DNA of 64,000 bases from Evtepia sp. (GCA_031553635.1 JAVBLH010000019.1:2639-66638); one strand, 5' to 3'; numbered from the stretch's first letter, positions 39,514-52,079 are shown. Numbers and translations: made by a program. The notes: a model not told the origin generated them from the sequence alone.

Positions 39514-41694
39514 ATGTCCCCAAACCAACCCCAAAAAGACCTCGAAGAAATCGAAGTCAGCAACGAAGGCGAAGAACTCTTCACCCTAGAAGACATCATC
39601 CAAGAATTCTCCCAGGAGGCCACCCCTGAAGAACCCCAGGAGGAAATCCAGGAGGAACCCCAGGAGATCCTCCCGGAGGAAGTCCTGGAATCCCCTGAAC
39701 AACCCCAGGAGGAGCCTCCCGAGGATTCCACGGAGGAACCCACGGAGGATTCCACTGGGGAGCCCCCCGAAGATTCTGCCGAGGACTCCCCCCAGGAGCC
39801 CACGGAGGACTCTGCCCAGGCGCCCGGCGAGGAAGCCACCGCGGATGGCGAGACCCCTCCCGATAACCTCATCCCCCTCTACCCCCCGGCGCCGGAACCG
39901 GAAACCGTGAAGGAATTCTTCCAGCACACCTGGAACAGGGCCCGGACAGGGGTGAAAACCCTCCGGGCCAATGGCCTGCCTCTCCCCAAGCTCTCAAACC
40001 TCCGCATTACCCTGCCCCGGTTCGAGCTGCCGGAGCCGGAGCCGCCCCCGGATATTCCCCCCCGTGAGCTGGCCGCCCGTTACCTGCGGGGCATCTCCGC
40101 CCTGCGTTTAGAGTGCGCCGGGGCACTTCTCTTATCCCTGGGCCTCTTCCTCCTGTCCATGCTGGCCACGGTTTGGGACCTGCCCGGCCCCGTGATCTTC
40201 CGGACAGGACAGGAGCCCTACTTCATCGCCTTGGGCGGCTTCCTCCTCACGGTGTTACTCTGCCTGCGGGTGCTGAAAACGGGCCTTGGCAGCCTCTTTT
40301 CCGGCAGTCCGGGGATGGAAACCGTGGCTCTTTTCGCCACCCTCTTCACCCTCACCGACGCCCTCACCATGAAATTTATGGACCTGCGGCCCGAGAGCCT
40401 GCCTCTCTTCGCCCCCTGCGCCCTGGTCCTCTCCTTCCAGCTTTGGGGCACCTATTGGAAGCGGCGGCAAAACCGCCAGGCCTGCCGCACCGCCGCCTCC
40501 GCCGCCCAGCCCGACTGCATGACCGTGGAGCCCGCCCAGTGGAACGGCCGGGCCGTCTACCGCCGCCGGGAGGGTACCGCCCTGGGCTTCGGCAGCCAGA
40601 TTCAGCAGGAAGACGGGGCCCAGCGGCTTTTCCGGTATTACACGCCCCTGCTCCTCCTCCTGGCCCTGGCCCTTTCCGCCCTGGCCACCCTGGCCATCAA
40701 ACGGCAGCCCGAGCTGTTTTTCTGGTCCTTTTCCGCCACCCTCATCGCCGGGGCCACCCTTTCGGGGACCCTCTGCGTCAGTATGCCCTTCCGGGGCCTC
40801 TCCCGCCGCCTCTCCAAGCTGGGTGTCGCCCTGGCTGGCTGGCCCGCAGTGCAAAAGGCCTGGGGCGGCAGCGGCCTCTTGGTGGAGGACGGCGACCTCT
40901 TCCCCCCCGGCTCCGTGGAGCTGACGGGCTTTCAGTTTTTCGGCAATCGTCCCCCGGAGGAGATCATCTCCGTCACCGCCTCGGTGATTCGGGAGGCCAA
41001 AAGCGGCCTCACCTCCCTTTTCTGGAACCTTTTGCGCCTGGAGGACGGGGCCTATGTGGAGGTAGAGGACCTGAAGCAGCAGAACGACGGCATCTCCGCC
41101 ACCGCCCTGGGCCGCAACGTGATGGTGGGCACCCCGGACTATTTAGAGCGCTACGGCGTGGCGCTGCCCCCGGATGTCCGAGTCCCCATGGGGGTGTTCA
41201 CCGCCATAGACGGGCAGTTTTCCGGGCAGTTCGTCCTGGACTATCTCATGCACCGCCACTCGGGCCCCGCCATGGAGTCCCTCCTCCACAGCCGCATCAC
41301 CCCCATCTCCGTAGCCATGGATTTTAACCTTTTGCCCCAAACCCTGAAAAAGCTCTTCCGCTTCCCCTGGGAGCGCATGGCCTTCCCCGAGGTGGGCCAG
41401 CGGGAGAAGCTCTTAAACTCCCCTGTGCCCCGGGGCAGCCGCCTCTTTGCGGTCCTCTGCCGAGACGGGCTCCTGCCTCCCGCCACAGCGGCGGTGGGGG
41501 CCCAGCGTCTGCGGGGGGCGGTGGGACTGGCGACCCGCTTCACCTGCATCGCCTCGGTCTGCGGCATGGCCCTGGTGTGCTACCTCTCCGCCGCCGCCGC
41601 CCTCTCGGCCCTGTCGGCAGGGAGCCTGTGTCTCTTCCTGCTGCTGTGGTTTTTGCCTGTGGCGCTGATCTCGGGGTGGGTGAATCAATTTTAG
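39514..41694 (+). CDS. Membrane protein with acidic repeat N-terminus and degenerate P1B-type ATPase-like C-terminus
   Basis: EEP/EDS repeats; PGMETV, GVALAG..LLVEDGDLF in place of GILIKG..FDKTGT; VMVG segment. Confidence 0.6.
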   Translation: MSPNQPQKDLEEIEVSNEGEELFTLEDIIQEFSQEATPEEPQEEIQEEPQEILPEEVLESPEQPQEEPPEDSTEEPTEDSTGEPPEDSAEDSPQEPTEDSAQAPGEEATADGETPPDNLIPLYPPAPEPETVKEFFQHTWNRARTGVKTLRANGLPLPKLSNLRITLPRFELPEPEPPPDIPPRELAARYLRGISALRLECAGALLLSLGLFLLSMLATVWDLPGPVIFRTGQEPYFIALGGFLLTVLLCLRVLKTGLGSLFSGSPGMETVALFATLFTLTDALTMKFMDLRPESLPLFAPCALVLSFQLWGTYWKRRQNRQACRTAASAAQPDCMTVEPAQWNGRAVYRRREGTALGFGSQIQQEDGAQRLFRYYTPLLLLLALALSALATLAIKRQPELFFWSFSATLIAGATLSGTLCVSMPFRGLSRRLSKLGVALAGWPAVQKAWGGSGLLVEDGDLFPPGSVELTGFQFFGNRPPEEIISVTASVIREAKSGLTSLFWNLLRLEDGAYVEVEDLKQQNDGISATALGRNVMVGTPDYLERYGVALPPDVRVPMGVFTAIDGQFSGQFVLDYLMHRHSGPAMESLLHSRITPISVAMDFNLLPQTLKKLFRFPWERMAFPEVGQREKLLNSPVPRGSRLFAVLCRDGLLPPATAAVGAQRLRGAVGLATRFTCIASVCGMALVCYLSAAAALSALSAGSLCLFLLLWFLPVALISGWVNQF

Positions 41695-41846
41695 AAGGGC
41701 GAAGGCCCCGGTGGGCGGAAATTAGACCAGAGCAGCAGGGCAAAAGGGAAAAACACCGTTTTTCTGTTTGGCATGATGCGGCAGGGCTAATTATCCGCCC
41801 AAGGAGGGGCCGGAGCCTGACAGGGAAGGGCGAAGAGGGCGGAGCA

Positions 41847-41929
41847 GGTCAATAAGGCAGTCCGCAGAGGGTGGGCAGAAAAAGTTGCAAACTTTTGCTG
41901 CACGGCCGCGGAGGGCAGACTTATTGACC
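41847..41929 (+). repeat. F2 83-bp repeat
   Basis: GGTCAATAAG...CTTATTGACC; flanked by CTGACAGGGAAG repeats. Confidence 0.88.
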
Positions 41930-41999
41930 GTCGCGCAGTCCCTTGGAGCCTGACAGGGAAGGGCGAAGAGGGCAGAGCCTGACAGGGAAGCGCGAAGAA

Positions 42000-42128
42000 A
42001 CCACCCCGCCCTTTGGGCACCCCTCCACGGAGGGGAATTGTGTTCCACTGCCAGGCGCCGGAAACCCTCACCGCAGCCCCCGTCCTAATTCCCCTCCATG
42101 GAGGGGTGGCGCGAAGCGACGGGGTGGT
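42000..42128 (+). repeat. F1 hairpin repeat, A-spacer-B
   Basis: Both arms. Confidence 0.9.
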
Positions 42129-42192
42129 AATCCCGCCGGAACCGCAGCCTTGTGACAGGGGGACGCCCAGTCACAAAATAATCAAACAATTT

Positions 42193-42235
42193 AGAACAAA
42201 TGTTTGACTTTATGCAAAAACTATGCTACTATAAT
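42193..42235 (+). promoter_or_regulatory. LexA (Cheo/SOS) box overlapping the lexA promoter
   Basis: GAAC-AAAT-GTTT at 42194-42205 overlapping TTGACT; TACTAT/TATAAT downstream. Confidence 0.7.
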
Positions 42236-42293
42236 GACAACACCACAACAAATGCGGGTGTTTGCAACCAAGAAAGCCTTGGGAGGTGTCATT

Positions 42294-42887
42294 ATGGGAA
42301 AGCTCTCGGCCAAGCAGATGCAGATCTACGAATACATCCTTTCCTACTCCGAGGAGTGCGGGTTTCCCCCCACCTTTCGGGAGATTGGCGACTACATGGG
42401 CCTCAAGTCGCCCTCCACCGTCCACTTTCATCTGAAAGCCCTCACCGCCGCGGGCCTGATTCAGCAGGCCGAGGGGAAAACCCGATCCATCACCGTTACC
42501 GACGAGGGCATGAACCGCCACGGTAAAATCCCCGTGGTGGGCCACGTGGCAGCCGGCGCGCCCATCCTGGCCCAGGAGTGCATCGAGGACTATATCACCT
42601 TCCAGGTGGATAACCCCCGAGACCAGCACTTTGCCCTCCGGGTCCGGGGCGAATCCATGAAGGACGCGGGTATCCTGCCCGACGACCTGGTGGTGGTGCA
42701 TCCCCAAGACTCCGTGCGTAACGGGGACATCGTGGTGGCTATGTTTGAAGACGAGGCCACGGTAAAGACCTACCGCCGCCTAGACGGCAAGGTTTGGCTC
42801 CTGCCGGAAAATGAAGACTTTGAACCCATCGACGGGGAATTTGCCCAAATTATCGGGAGAGTGGTTGCCGTCATCCGGCGGTACTGA
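42294..42887 (+). CDS. lexA: SOS repressor LexA
   Basis: PPTFREIG, SPSTVHFHL, VAAGAP cleavage site, GESM, EATVK. Confidence 0.96.
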   Translation: MGKLSAKQMQIYEYILSYSEECGFPPTFREIGDYMGLKSPSTVHFHLKALTAAGLIQQAEGKTRSITVTDEGMNRHGKIPVVGHVAAGAPILAQECIEDYITFQVDNPRDQHFALRVRGESMKDAGILPDDLVVVHPQDSVRNGDIVVAMFEDEATVKTYRRLDGKVWLLPENEDFEPIDGEFAQIIGRVVAVIRRY

Positions 42888-43376
42888 GAAATGAAAAAGT
42901 CGGAAAGCGATGCTTTCCGGCTTTTGTGTTTTTTGGTTGGGTTACCATCCTGGTGACGTGTTTTTTGGGTTCTACCATGCTGGTAGGCCAGTGTTCTCAT
43001 CATGCTTAGAAGCATGGAGAACTTTGTCCTCCCCGGACGGGGCGCTGTGGCACTTTGTCTTTCGGACAGAGTGTCCGGGGCTCTTGTCCTCGCCGTCAAA
43101 CTGTCCATTGGACAGTTTGATAAGATCAAGCGAAGCCACCTTGAAGAAGGGGCCACTTACCCAGCGGGGGCTCCATTTCTCACGCGAGAAATGGAGGAAA
43201 GAGCGCCAAGGGCCTCGGCCCCTGGACCCCGGGGTCATGACTCCCCATGGCGTGCCCGTTTTCACCCAGTGAGTGCCACTGTCTTTGGTGGTCCCGTGTT
43301 CCTTTTTTTCTGTGGTTCTTTGGCGAAGAAACACCAAGCCCTGGGCGCGCTGCGCTGGCCGGGGGCGTGGTGGGTG

Positions 43377-43586
43377 CTATGGGTTTTTGTTCTCCAGGCC
43401 GCAGATGTAGTCCATGGAGACCTTGTAGTATTTTGCCAGGACGATCACGCAGTCTAGGGGGATTCTTATTTTTCCGGTTTCGTAGTCGGAGTAGGTTTTT
43501 TGGCCTACGTGCAAAATGGCGGCGATTTGCGCTTGGGTTAAGTCCCTATCCTCTCGAAGTCCACGAATTCTTTCTAAATAGTGCAT
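43377..43586 (-). CDS. XRE-family HTH protein
   Basis: RIRGLREDRDLTQAQIAAILHVGQKTYSDYETG..IP. Confidence 0.85.
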   Translation of the reverse strand: MHYLERIRGLREDRDLTQAQIAAILHVGQKTYSDYETGKIRIPLDCVIVLAKYYKVSMDYICGLENKNP

Positions 43587-43678
43587 ATCATCACCTCTGC
43601 CCTATCATAACAGTAGTGTAATAACCACTATTGACTTGTAGGGGAATGCACTCTACAATGGTAAGGGGAGTGATGAAG

Positions 43679-43900
43679 ATGCCAGACTATAAAGAACTTT
43701 ACTTAACCCTTATGCGGGAAACAGAAAAAGCCATCCGCACCCTTACCGCCGCGCAGCAAACCTGCGAAGAGCTCTATTTGCAGCAGTCAGAACAGGAGGA
43801 AACCGTCCTCCCCTTCCCCACGTGCGGCCCTGAACGTCAAAGTTACGAAGCACCCAAGCCAAATCCCGCCACTTCGTACAGGTGTATCAAAAAAAACTGA
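43679..43900 (+). CDS. Small hypothetical helical protein (MPDYKELY...), divergent from the XRE gene
   Basis: AAGGGGAG RBS; TTGACT/TACAAT promoter-like motifs at 43631-43659. Confidence 0.65.
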   Translation: MPDYKELYLTLMRETEKAIRTLTAAQQTCEELYLQQSEQEETVLPFPTCGPERQSYEAPKPNPATSYRCIKKN

Positions 43901-43914
43901 CCGGCCGCCACCAA

Positions 43915-44051
43915 AATTCCCCTCCGTGGAGGGGTGCCCAAAGGGCGGGGTGGTTTCAACGTTGAGATTACCACCCAGTTGTTGTCACCGTGTTTCCATA
44001 CCTGGCAAAACCACCCCGTCACTTCGTGCCACCCCTCCACGGAGGGGAATT
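43915..44051. repeat. F1 back-to-back cassette, inverted relative to 5795-5931
   Basis: Internal 97 bp is the reverse complement of 5815-5911 (3 mismatches) with co-linear flanks. Confidence 0.92.
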
Positions 44052-44138
44052 GGACGGGGGGCGCGAAACTCTGACATGCCTCGCCTTGCACCAACCACCC
44101 CCCATGTGGCAAGCATACACAAAAAAGGGAGGAGGACA

Positions 44139-44585
44139 TCAGTCCCCCTCCCTCTTATACTTTCTACTCTCCGCCACCGCCAGCTCATCACAACGATTGT
44201 TGTAAGGGTTCGAGCTATGCCCCTTCACCCAATGAAGAGACACCTGGTGTTTCTCACAAAGAGCGAGCAGCCTCTCCCACAAGTCCGGATTCAGGGCCGG
44301 GCCTGTCTTGCGCCGCCAGCCGTTTTTCTGCCAGGACTTGGCCCAGCCCTTCTCCAAGGCGTCGATGACGTACTTGGAATCGGAATAGAGGGCAACCTCG
44401 CAGGGCTCCTTCAAAAGCTCCAGGGCCGAAATCGCCCCCAAAAGCTCCATGCGGTTGTTGGTGGTGTTTGCCTCCCCGCCGGAAATCTCCCGCCGGTGGG
44501 CCCCAAACATCAGGATAGCCCCCCAGCCCCCCGGCCCGGGATTGCCGGAGCAGGCCCCGTCGGTGTAGATGGTAACGGATTTCAT
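44139..44585 (-). CDS. rnhA: Ribonuclease HI
   Basis: [34 protein letters not shown]. Confidence 0.97.
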   Translation of the reverse strand: MKSVTIYTDGACSGNPGPGGWGAILMFGAHRREISGGEANTTNNRMELLGAISALELLKEPCEVALYSDSKYVIDALEKGWAKSWQKNGWRRKTGPALNPDLWERLLALCEKHQVSLHWVKGHSSNPYNNRCDELAVAESRKYKREGD

Positions 44586-47170
44586 TCCTCGGCGTCCTCA
44601 ACGGAATTTTCCACATTCCCTGTGCCTTCTGTGGAAGAATCCGCCGGGATTTCGCCCTCCAAGCCCTCATCCTCCAGGTCAAAGAGCTCCTCTTCCACTT
44701 CCTCGGCCTCGGCGCGGGAAACGGAGATCACCCTGGTATCCTCCCCGATGCGCATGAGCCGCACGCCCTGGGCGCCTCGGCCGTAGATATTCACGTCGGT
44801 AACAGGCATACGGATGATGGTCCCGTCGTCGGAGATGATGAGGATATCATCTGTCTCTTTGGCCACCTTGACAGCCGCCGCAGGGCCGGTTTTGTCGGTG
44901 ATGTTGTAGTTCTTCAGGCCGTAGCCGCCACGGTGCTGGGGCTCCCCCGTCCCGCGGATATACTCCTCGATGGGGGTGCGCTTGCCATAGCCCTTTTCCG
45001 TGATGGTCAGCAGCATGCTCCCGGCCCAGGCTCTTACAGCCCCGATGACCTCGTCCCCCTCCCGGAGGCGGATGCCACGAACGCCCATGGCAGTTCTGCC
45101 CATGGCCCGAACATCGTCTTCCTTAAAGCAGATGGCCATGCCCTTTTGGGTGGCCAGTAAGATGTTCATCTCCCCGTCTGTCTCCCGGACGGAGATCAGC
45201 TCGTCCCCCTCGTCCAGGGTTAAAACCCGCAGGCCGGAAGAGCGAATGTTGCGAATGGCGGACATCTCCAGCCGCTTCACAGTTCCGTTTTTCGTGGCCA
45301 TAAAGAGGAAGCCGTTCTCGTCGTTCTCCCGTCTGTGTATCATGGCGGTGACCTTCTCCCCCTGCTCCAGGGGCAGGATATTCACCAGATTCGTCCCCTT
45401 GGCGGTGCGGCTGGCCTCGGGAATCTGATAGCCCTTCTTCCGATAGAGCCGCCCGGCGCTGGTGAAGAAGAAGATATGGTCGTGGGTGGAGGCACTAAAG
45501 AGGGTGTCCACATAGTCCTCCTCCCGCAGGGTCTGGGCGGAGATCCCCTTGCCGCCCCGGCGCTGAGACTTATAGGTGGAAGCGGGCATACGCTTAATGT
45601 ACCCGGCAGAAGTCAGGGTAAAGATGCAGGCCTCCTCCTCGATGAGGTCTTCGATGTCGATATCGTCCTCCACCATGGCGATCTCCGTCCGGCGCTCATC
45701 GCCAAACTTCTCCCGTATCTCCAAAAGCTCCGTGCGGACGACTTCCCGCAGGGCTTCCTTAGAAGAAAGCAGCTCAATAAAATACGCGATCTTCGCCGCC
45801 AATTCCTCGGCCTCCTTGGTGAGCTTCTCTTTTTCAAGGCCCTGGAGAGCCCGCAAACGCATCTCCAAAATGGCCCGGGTCTGAATCTCGTCCAGGCCGA
45901 AACGCGCCATAAGGCGCTCCTGGGCATTATCATAGCTCTCCCGAATGATCTTGATGACTTCGTCAATGTTATCCTGGGCAATCAGCAGACCCCGTAAGAG
46001 ATGGGCCCGCTCCTCGGCCTTGCGCTTATCAAAAATCGTCCGCCGGGTGACGATCTCTTCCTGATAGGTGAGATAATGGTCTAAAATCTCCCGGAGGGTT
46101 AAAATCTTCGGCTGCTTCTGGTTATTCACCAGGGCCAGCATCACCACGGCAAAGGTGGTCTGCATCTGGGTCTGGGCGTAGAGGCGATTGAGTACCACCT
46201 GGGGATTGGCATCCTTCTTGATCTCGATGACGATGCGCATACCCTCCCGGTCAGACTCGTCCCGCAGGCCCGAAATCCCCTCCAAGCGCTTCTCCTTCAC
46301 CTGGTCGGCGATGGCTTCCACCAGACGGGACTTGTTCACCTGGTAGGGCAGCTCGGTGACGATAATGGCGGTTCTCCCCTGGCCAAACTCCTCAAACTCC
46401 GCACGAGCCCGGACTTTGATATGGCCCTTGCCGGTAGCGTAGGCCGCCCGTATGCCGGATTTCCCCATAATCATCCCCTTGGTGGGAAAGTCGGGGCCCT
46501 TAATGTGCTCCATGAGATCCGCCAACTCCGCCTCGGGGTTATCCAAGACGCAGATACAGGCGTCGATGACTTCGTTGAGGTTATGAGGCGGGATATTGGT
46601 GGTCATACCCACGGCGATGCCCGAAGAGCCGTTCACCAACAAATTGGGGAAACGGGAGGGGATTACCACAGGCTCCATCCGCTCCTCGTCGAAGCTAAGG
46701 CTCCAGTCCACGGTCTCCTTGTCGATATCCCTTAGCATCTCGTTGGAGAGCTTTGCCATACGGGCCTCGGTGTAACGGTAGGCCGCCGGGGGGTCCCCGT
46801 CTATGGAACCGAAGTTGCCCTTACCTTCCACTAAGGGATAGCGCATGGAAAAGTCCTGGGCAAGGCGCACCATGGCGTCGTACACGCTCTGGTCGCCGTG
46901 GGGGTGATACTTTTTCAGCACGTCGCCCACAGTGGCCACGGATTTGGAAAACTTATTGCTGGAGGTCATGCCCCCCTCGTACATGGTGTAGAGGATGCGG
47001 CGGTGAACGGGCTTTAAGCCGTCCCGGACATCAGGCAGGGCCCGGCCGACGATAACGCTCATGGCGTAGTTAATATAGGCCGTTTCCATCTCCTGCTCTA
47101 GGCTGATATTGATAATTTTCTGATCGGGGAACCGGATATCCGCCGCTTCCCGCCTCTGCTTCTTTGCCAT
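44582..47170 (-). CDS. gyrA: DNA gyrase subunit A
   Basis: [28 protein letters not shown], GyrA-box QRRGGKG. Confidence 0.97.
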   Translation of the reverse strand: MAKKQRREAADIRFPDQKIINISLEQEMETAYINYAMSVIVGRALPDVRDGLKPVHRRILYTMYEGGMTSSNKFSKSVATVGDVLKKYHPHGDQSVYDAMVRLAQDFSMRYPLVEGKGNFGSIDGDPPAAYRYTEARMAKLSNEMLRDIDKETVDWSLSFDEERMEPVVIPSRFPNLLVNGSSGIAVGMTTNIPPHNLNEVIDACICVLDNPEAELADLMEHIKGPDFPTKGMIMGKSGIRAAYATGKGHIKVRARAEFEEFGQGRTAIIVTELPYQVNKSRLVEAIADQVKEKRLEGISGLRDESDREGMRIVIEIKKDANPQVVLNRLYAQTQMQTTFAVVMLALVNNQKQPKILTLREILDHYLTYQEEIVTRRTIFDKRKAEERAHLLRGLLIAQDNIDEVIKIIRESYDNAQERLMARFGLDEIQTRAILEMRLRALQGLEKEKLTKEAEELAAKIAYFIELLSSKEALREVVRTELLEIREKFGDERRTEIAMVEDDIDIEDLIEEEACIFTLTSAGYIKRMPASTYKSQRRGGKGISAQTLREEDYVDTLFSASTHDHIFFFTSAGRLYRKKGYQIPEASRTAKGTNLVNILPLEQGEKVTAMIHRRENDENGFLFMATKNGTVKRLEMSAIRNIRSSGLRVLTLDEGDELISVRETDGEMNILLATQKGMAICFKEDDVRAMGRTAMGVRGIRLREGDEVIGAVRAWAGSMLLTITEKGYGKRTPIEEYIRGTGEPQHRGGYGLKNYNITDKTGPAAAVKVAKETDDILIISDDGTIIRMPVTDVNIYGRGAQGVRLMRIGEDTRVISVSRAEAEEVEEELFDLEDEGLEGEIPADSSTEGTGNVENSVEDAEE

Positions 47171-47270
47171 TTGCACTAGCTCCTTTATCCCATAAAAGGG
47201 CAACCCGTGAAACCGGGCTCTATGTCACTTGCTGGATTTTTATCCCATGTCGGGGTTACTGTACCGAGTC

Positions 47271-47393
47271 ACCACCCCACCCTGCGGGCACCCCTCCACA
47301 GGAGGGGAATTTGGGTGGTAGATCGCAGAAGGTTTCTCAGCTCCCCCGTCCAATTCCCCTCCGTGGAGGGGTGGCACGCAGTGACGGGGTGGT
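47271..47393 (+). repeat. F1 hairpin repeat, A-spacer(type 2)-B
   Basis: Both arms; between gyrB and gyrA. Confidence 0.9.
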
Positions 47394-47436
47394 TTCCAAA
47401 GTCTTCCCAAGGTCTGCTTTACCCTCTGTGCCCTTC

Positions 47437-49419
<1,983 letters not shown>

Positions 49420-49434
49420 TTATTCTTTCGCCGC

Positions 49435-49510
49435 CCAAATTATCCAGTAGACAATTTGACCAGATTATGTGAAGCCACATCGAAGAAAGGCGCGAAGTAA
49501 AAGGATGATT
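49435..49510 (+). repeat. Degenerate F3 module + arm-B remnant just 3' of the DUF559 gene
   Basis: CAAATTATCCAGTAGACAATTTGA..GAAGCCACATCGAAGAA aligns gap-free to 35579-35631; followed by GGCGCGAAGTAAAAGGATGATT resembling GGCACGAAGTGACGGGGTGGTT. Confidence 0.7.
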
Positions 49511-49521
49511 CTATGTTCTTA

Positions 49522-49908
49522 TCAACCCGAATCTTCACACAAAGCAGGGTGATTATACAGCATTTCCATCACAGTATTCAGGTCATTCAAAACATCCTGA
49601 GCCTGGATGTGAATCACTGTCAGACCCAGACCCTCTAAATAGGCGTTCCGCTCACTGTCATACTCCTGCTTCTCATCATGGGACTTGCCGTCAATTTCAA
49701 TGACAACGTGACAATTTAGGCAGTAGAAATCTACAATAAAGTTGCCAATAATTTTCTGCCTGTCAAAGTCGAATTTATTAAACTTTTTTCTATTAAGCTG
49801 CTTCCAAAGGAGTACTTCACATAAGTACCCTGCTTTTCGCAGCTCTTTCGCTCGCTCTCGCAGGGTTGGATTATATGGAAGTGCGTTATATGCTTGATAG
49901 TTTCGCAT
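49522..49908 (-). CDS. DUF559 / Vsr-like PD-(D/E)XK endonuclease
   Basis: RAKELRK..E..LW..L, FDRQKIIGNFIVDFYC, VIEIDGKSH, D.ER..YL; visibly AT-rich. Confidence 0.88.
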   Translation of the reverse strand: MRNYQAYNALPYNPTLRERAKELRKAGYLCEVLLWKQLNRKKFNKFDFDRQKIIGNFIVDFYCLNCHVVIEIDGKSHDEKQEYDSERNAYLEGLGLTVIHIQAQDVLNDLNTVMEMLYNHPALCEDSG

Positions 49909-49945
49909 CGTTCACACTCTACTTCTTCGATGCTGTAACGGAGCA

Positions 49946-50075
49946 ACCACCCCGCCCTATGGGCACCCCTCCACGGAGGGGAATTGTGTCCTACTGTGAG
50001 GTAGAGAAAACCCAAACCGCATCCCCCGTCCTAATTCCCCTCCTGTGGAGGGGTGGCACGAAGTGACGGGGTGGT
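49946..50075 (+). repeat. F1 hairpin repeat immediately 5' of the DUF559 gene
   Basis: Both arms intact, 37 bp from the ATG. Confidence 0.92.
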
Positions 50076-50119
50076 TCCACTAGCTCTCCATAACGTATGC
50101 CAATCCCTTATCAGGAACA

Positions 50120-50389
50120 TCACCCAACAGAAAACCCCCCAGACTCCACCCTGCGCAGCAGGGTAGCCGAAGAAAGCTGCGACAGATACACCACCTCTTC
50201 CCCAAAGGAATCCCGGCACAAAACCATGGCCTTGGGCAGGTCCAGGGACACATCCACCACCCAGCCCTCCTCTTGGGCCCGTTTCAAAAACCCACGGGTC
50301 CGGTGGGACGTACTCACCTTATCCAGATCAAAAATCCCCACCACATCCCGGAAAGGAATCACAAAATTCTGCCCCAAATGGAGGTACAA
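50120..50389 (-). CDS. remB: DUF370 / RemB-like protein
   Basis: MYLHLG..VVGIFDLD, VYLSQLSSATLLRR; canonical position between recF and gyrB. Confidence 0.75.
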   Translation of the reverse strand: MYLHLGQNFVIPFRDVVGIFDLDKVSTSHRTRGFLKRAQEEGWVVDVSLDLPKAMVLCRDSFGEEVVYLSQLSSATLLRRVESGGFSVG

Positions 50390-50489
50390 GTCTGAAAACC
50401 CCTTTCACTTATCAACATTGGGCGAAACAATGGGGAAAGTTTCACCCTTTCGTGCAACAAAGGAAAAATTATTGTCGCGCAAAGGAGGG

Positions 50490-50621
50490 ACCACCCCGCC
50501 CTTTGGGCACCCCTCCACAGGAGGGGAATTAGGACGGAGGATGCGGTGGGGGTTTTCCTCTCCCACTCAGGAGCACACAATTCCCCTCCTGTGGAGGGGT
50601 GGCACGCAGTGACGGGGTGGT
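50490..50621 (+). repeat. F1 hairpin repeat
   Basis: Both arms; between recF and remB. Confidence 0.92.
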
Positions 50622-50648
50622 TTTCCACCCGCCGGGGCCTGTGTACTT

Positions 50649-51752
50649 CTATTCCAATAGTGTCCCATCCGCAATGGTCAAAACCCTGGCCTCGGGCCGC
50701 CGCAGCTGGGGCACCTCGCAGCCGGTGATAAACACCTGGCCACCCTGGATATGCTCCAGGACAAAATCCTGCCGCTTCTGATCCAGCTCCGAGAGCACAT
50801 CGTCCAGAAGCAAAACCGGCCACTGCTCCGTGGCTTCCCGGTGTATCATCCGCTCCGCCAGTTTTAAGGAGAGGGCCACCGTTCGGGTCTGGCCCTGGGA
50901 GGCAAACTGCCGGGCCGCCTTGCCGTCTATCTCCGCCACCATGTCGTCCTTATGGGGCCCCGAGAGGCAGCTGCGGCTGCGCAATTCCGCCTCCTCATGA
51001 AGCTTTTGGTGCTCCACCAGCTGGGGATAGATGGCCGAAGGGGCCGCCAAGGGGTCCTCCACGGTCTTCACCGTCTCGTAAATCAGGTTCAAATCCTCCC
51101 GGCCGCCGGAAAACTCCCGCTGTATCTCCCTGGAAAGGGCCAAGAGCCGCCGGATAAAGTTGGCCCGGTAGTGGATGATCAGGGCCCCGGTAACGGCCAT
51201 GGTCTGGTTAAAATCCTCCAGGACGGAAAGGAGCCCCGGCTTTTCCCAATAGTCTCGCAAAATACGGTTCTTATGGTCTAAGCAGCGCTGATACCGGGTG
51301 AGGGCATCGGCATATTTGGGCCGCAATTGAGAAATCGCCGTGTCTAAAAACCGCCGCCGCTCCGCCGCCCCCTCCCGCACTAAGGATAAATCCTCCGGGC
51401 AGAAGAGTACCGTATGGAAAAGGCCCGACAGTTCCCCGGCCTTCTTCAGCTTCACATGGTTCACGGTAATGGCCCGTCTGTGGTTTTTCCGCAGAGCGAT
51501 CTCCACGGAAAAATCCCGCCCCCGGGACTCCAATTGGGCCCGGATGAGCCCCTCGTCCCGGTGAAAGAGAATCAGGTCTCTATCCAGCCGGGTCCGGTGG
51601 GATTTTGCCCCGGAGAGGTAGCCTATGGCCTCCATGAGGTTGGTTTTCCCCTGGGCGTTCTCCCCGGTGATCACGTTCATATCCGGGGAGAAGGCAGCGG
51701 AAAAGCCCTCATAGTTGCGAAACCCGTCCAGGGCGATCTCCTTAATGTTCAT
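50649..51752 (-). CDS. recF: DNA replication/repair protein RecF
   Basis: [38 protein letters not shown]. Confidence 0.97.
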   Translation of the reverse strand: MNIKEIALDGFRNYEGFSAAFSPDMNVITGENAQGKTNLMEAIGYLSGAKSHRTRLDRDLILFHRDEGLIRAQLESRGRDFSVEIALRKNHRRAITVNHVKLKKAGELSGLFHTVLFCPEDLSLVREGAAERRRFLDTAISQLRPKYADALTRYQRCLDHKNRILRDYWEKPGLLSVLEDFNQTMAVTGALIIHYRANFIRRLLALSREIQREFSGGREDLNLIYETVKTVEDPLAAPSAIYPQLVEHQKLHEEAELRSRSCLSGPHKDDMVAEIDGKAARQFASQGQTRTVALSLKLAERMIHREATEQWPVLLLDDVLSELDQKRQDFVLEHIQGGQVFITGCEVPQLRRPEARVLTIADGTLLE

Positions 51753-51961
51753 AGAACCTCCAGCCGCAGGCCCGGCAGGGTCACGATATCGCCGGGCCGC
51801 AGCTTCTTCCCTCTCTGGGTGCAGGTTTCGCCGTTGACCTGCACCTCTCCGTCTAAAATGGCAAGCTTCGCCACGCCCCCGGTGTCCATGACTCCGGCGA
51901 ACTTCAAAAAGGCGTCCAGCTTAATAAATTCCGTTTCTATCTTCACCTTTTGGGTCGGCAT
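51749..51961 (-). CDS. yaaA: S4-domain RNA-binding protein YaaA
   Basis: [30 protein letters not shown]; between dnaN and recF. Confidence 0.9.
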   Translation of the reverse strand: MPTQKVKIETEFIKLDAFLKFAGVMDTGGVAKLAILDGEVQVNGETCTQRGKKLRPGDIVTLPGLRLEVL

Positions 51962-52079
51962 CTGTGTTTCTCCTTTAACGGCTGTTCACTGTGTACAGGG
52001 TGGGGGGTGATGGTGGTGCTAAACTCCGGCCTATGGGCCCTTTGCGATGTCACGCAACCAGGGACTATGCGAGGGGATT

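Noticed and set aside
40113-41327. Long alternative-frame or antisense ORFs (also 57410-58264, 53737-54831, 13751-14626, 43926-44786, 12694-13533)
   Set aside because: They overlap well-supported genes, have shadow-ORF composition typical of high-GC DNA, and show no motifs.
44582-47170. Second GyrA-box-like motif (QHRGGYG) in GyrA
   Set aside because: A degenerate repeat of the box in another CTD blade is normal for gyrases.
49522-49908. Calling the DUF559 locus an IS element or transposase
   Set aside because: No HUH, DDE or tyrosine/serine recombinase motifs and no target-site duplication identified; mobility remains an inference.
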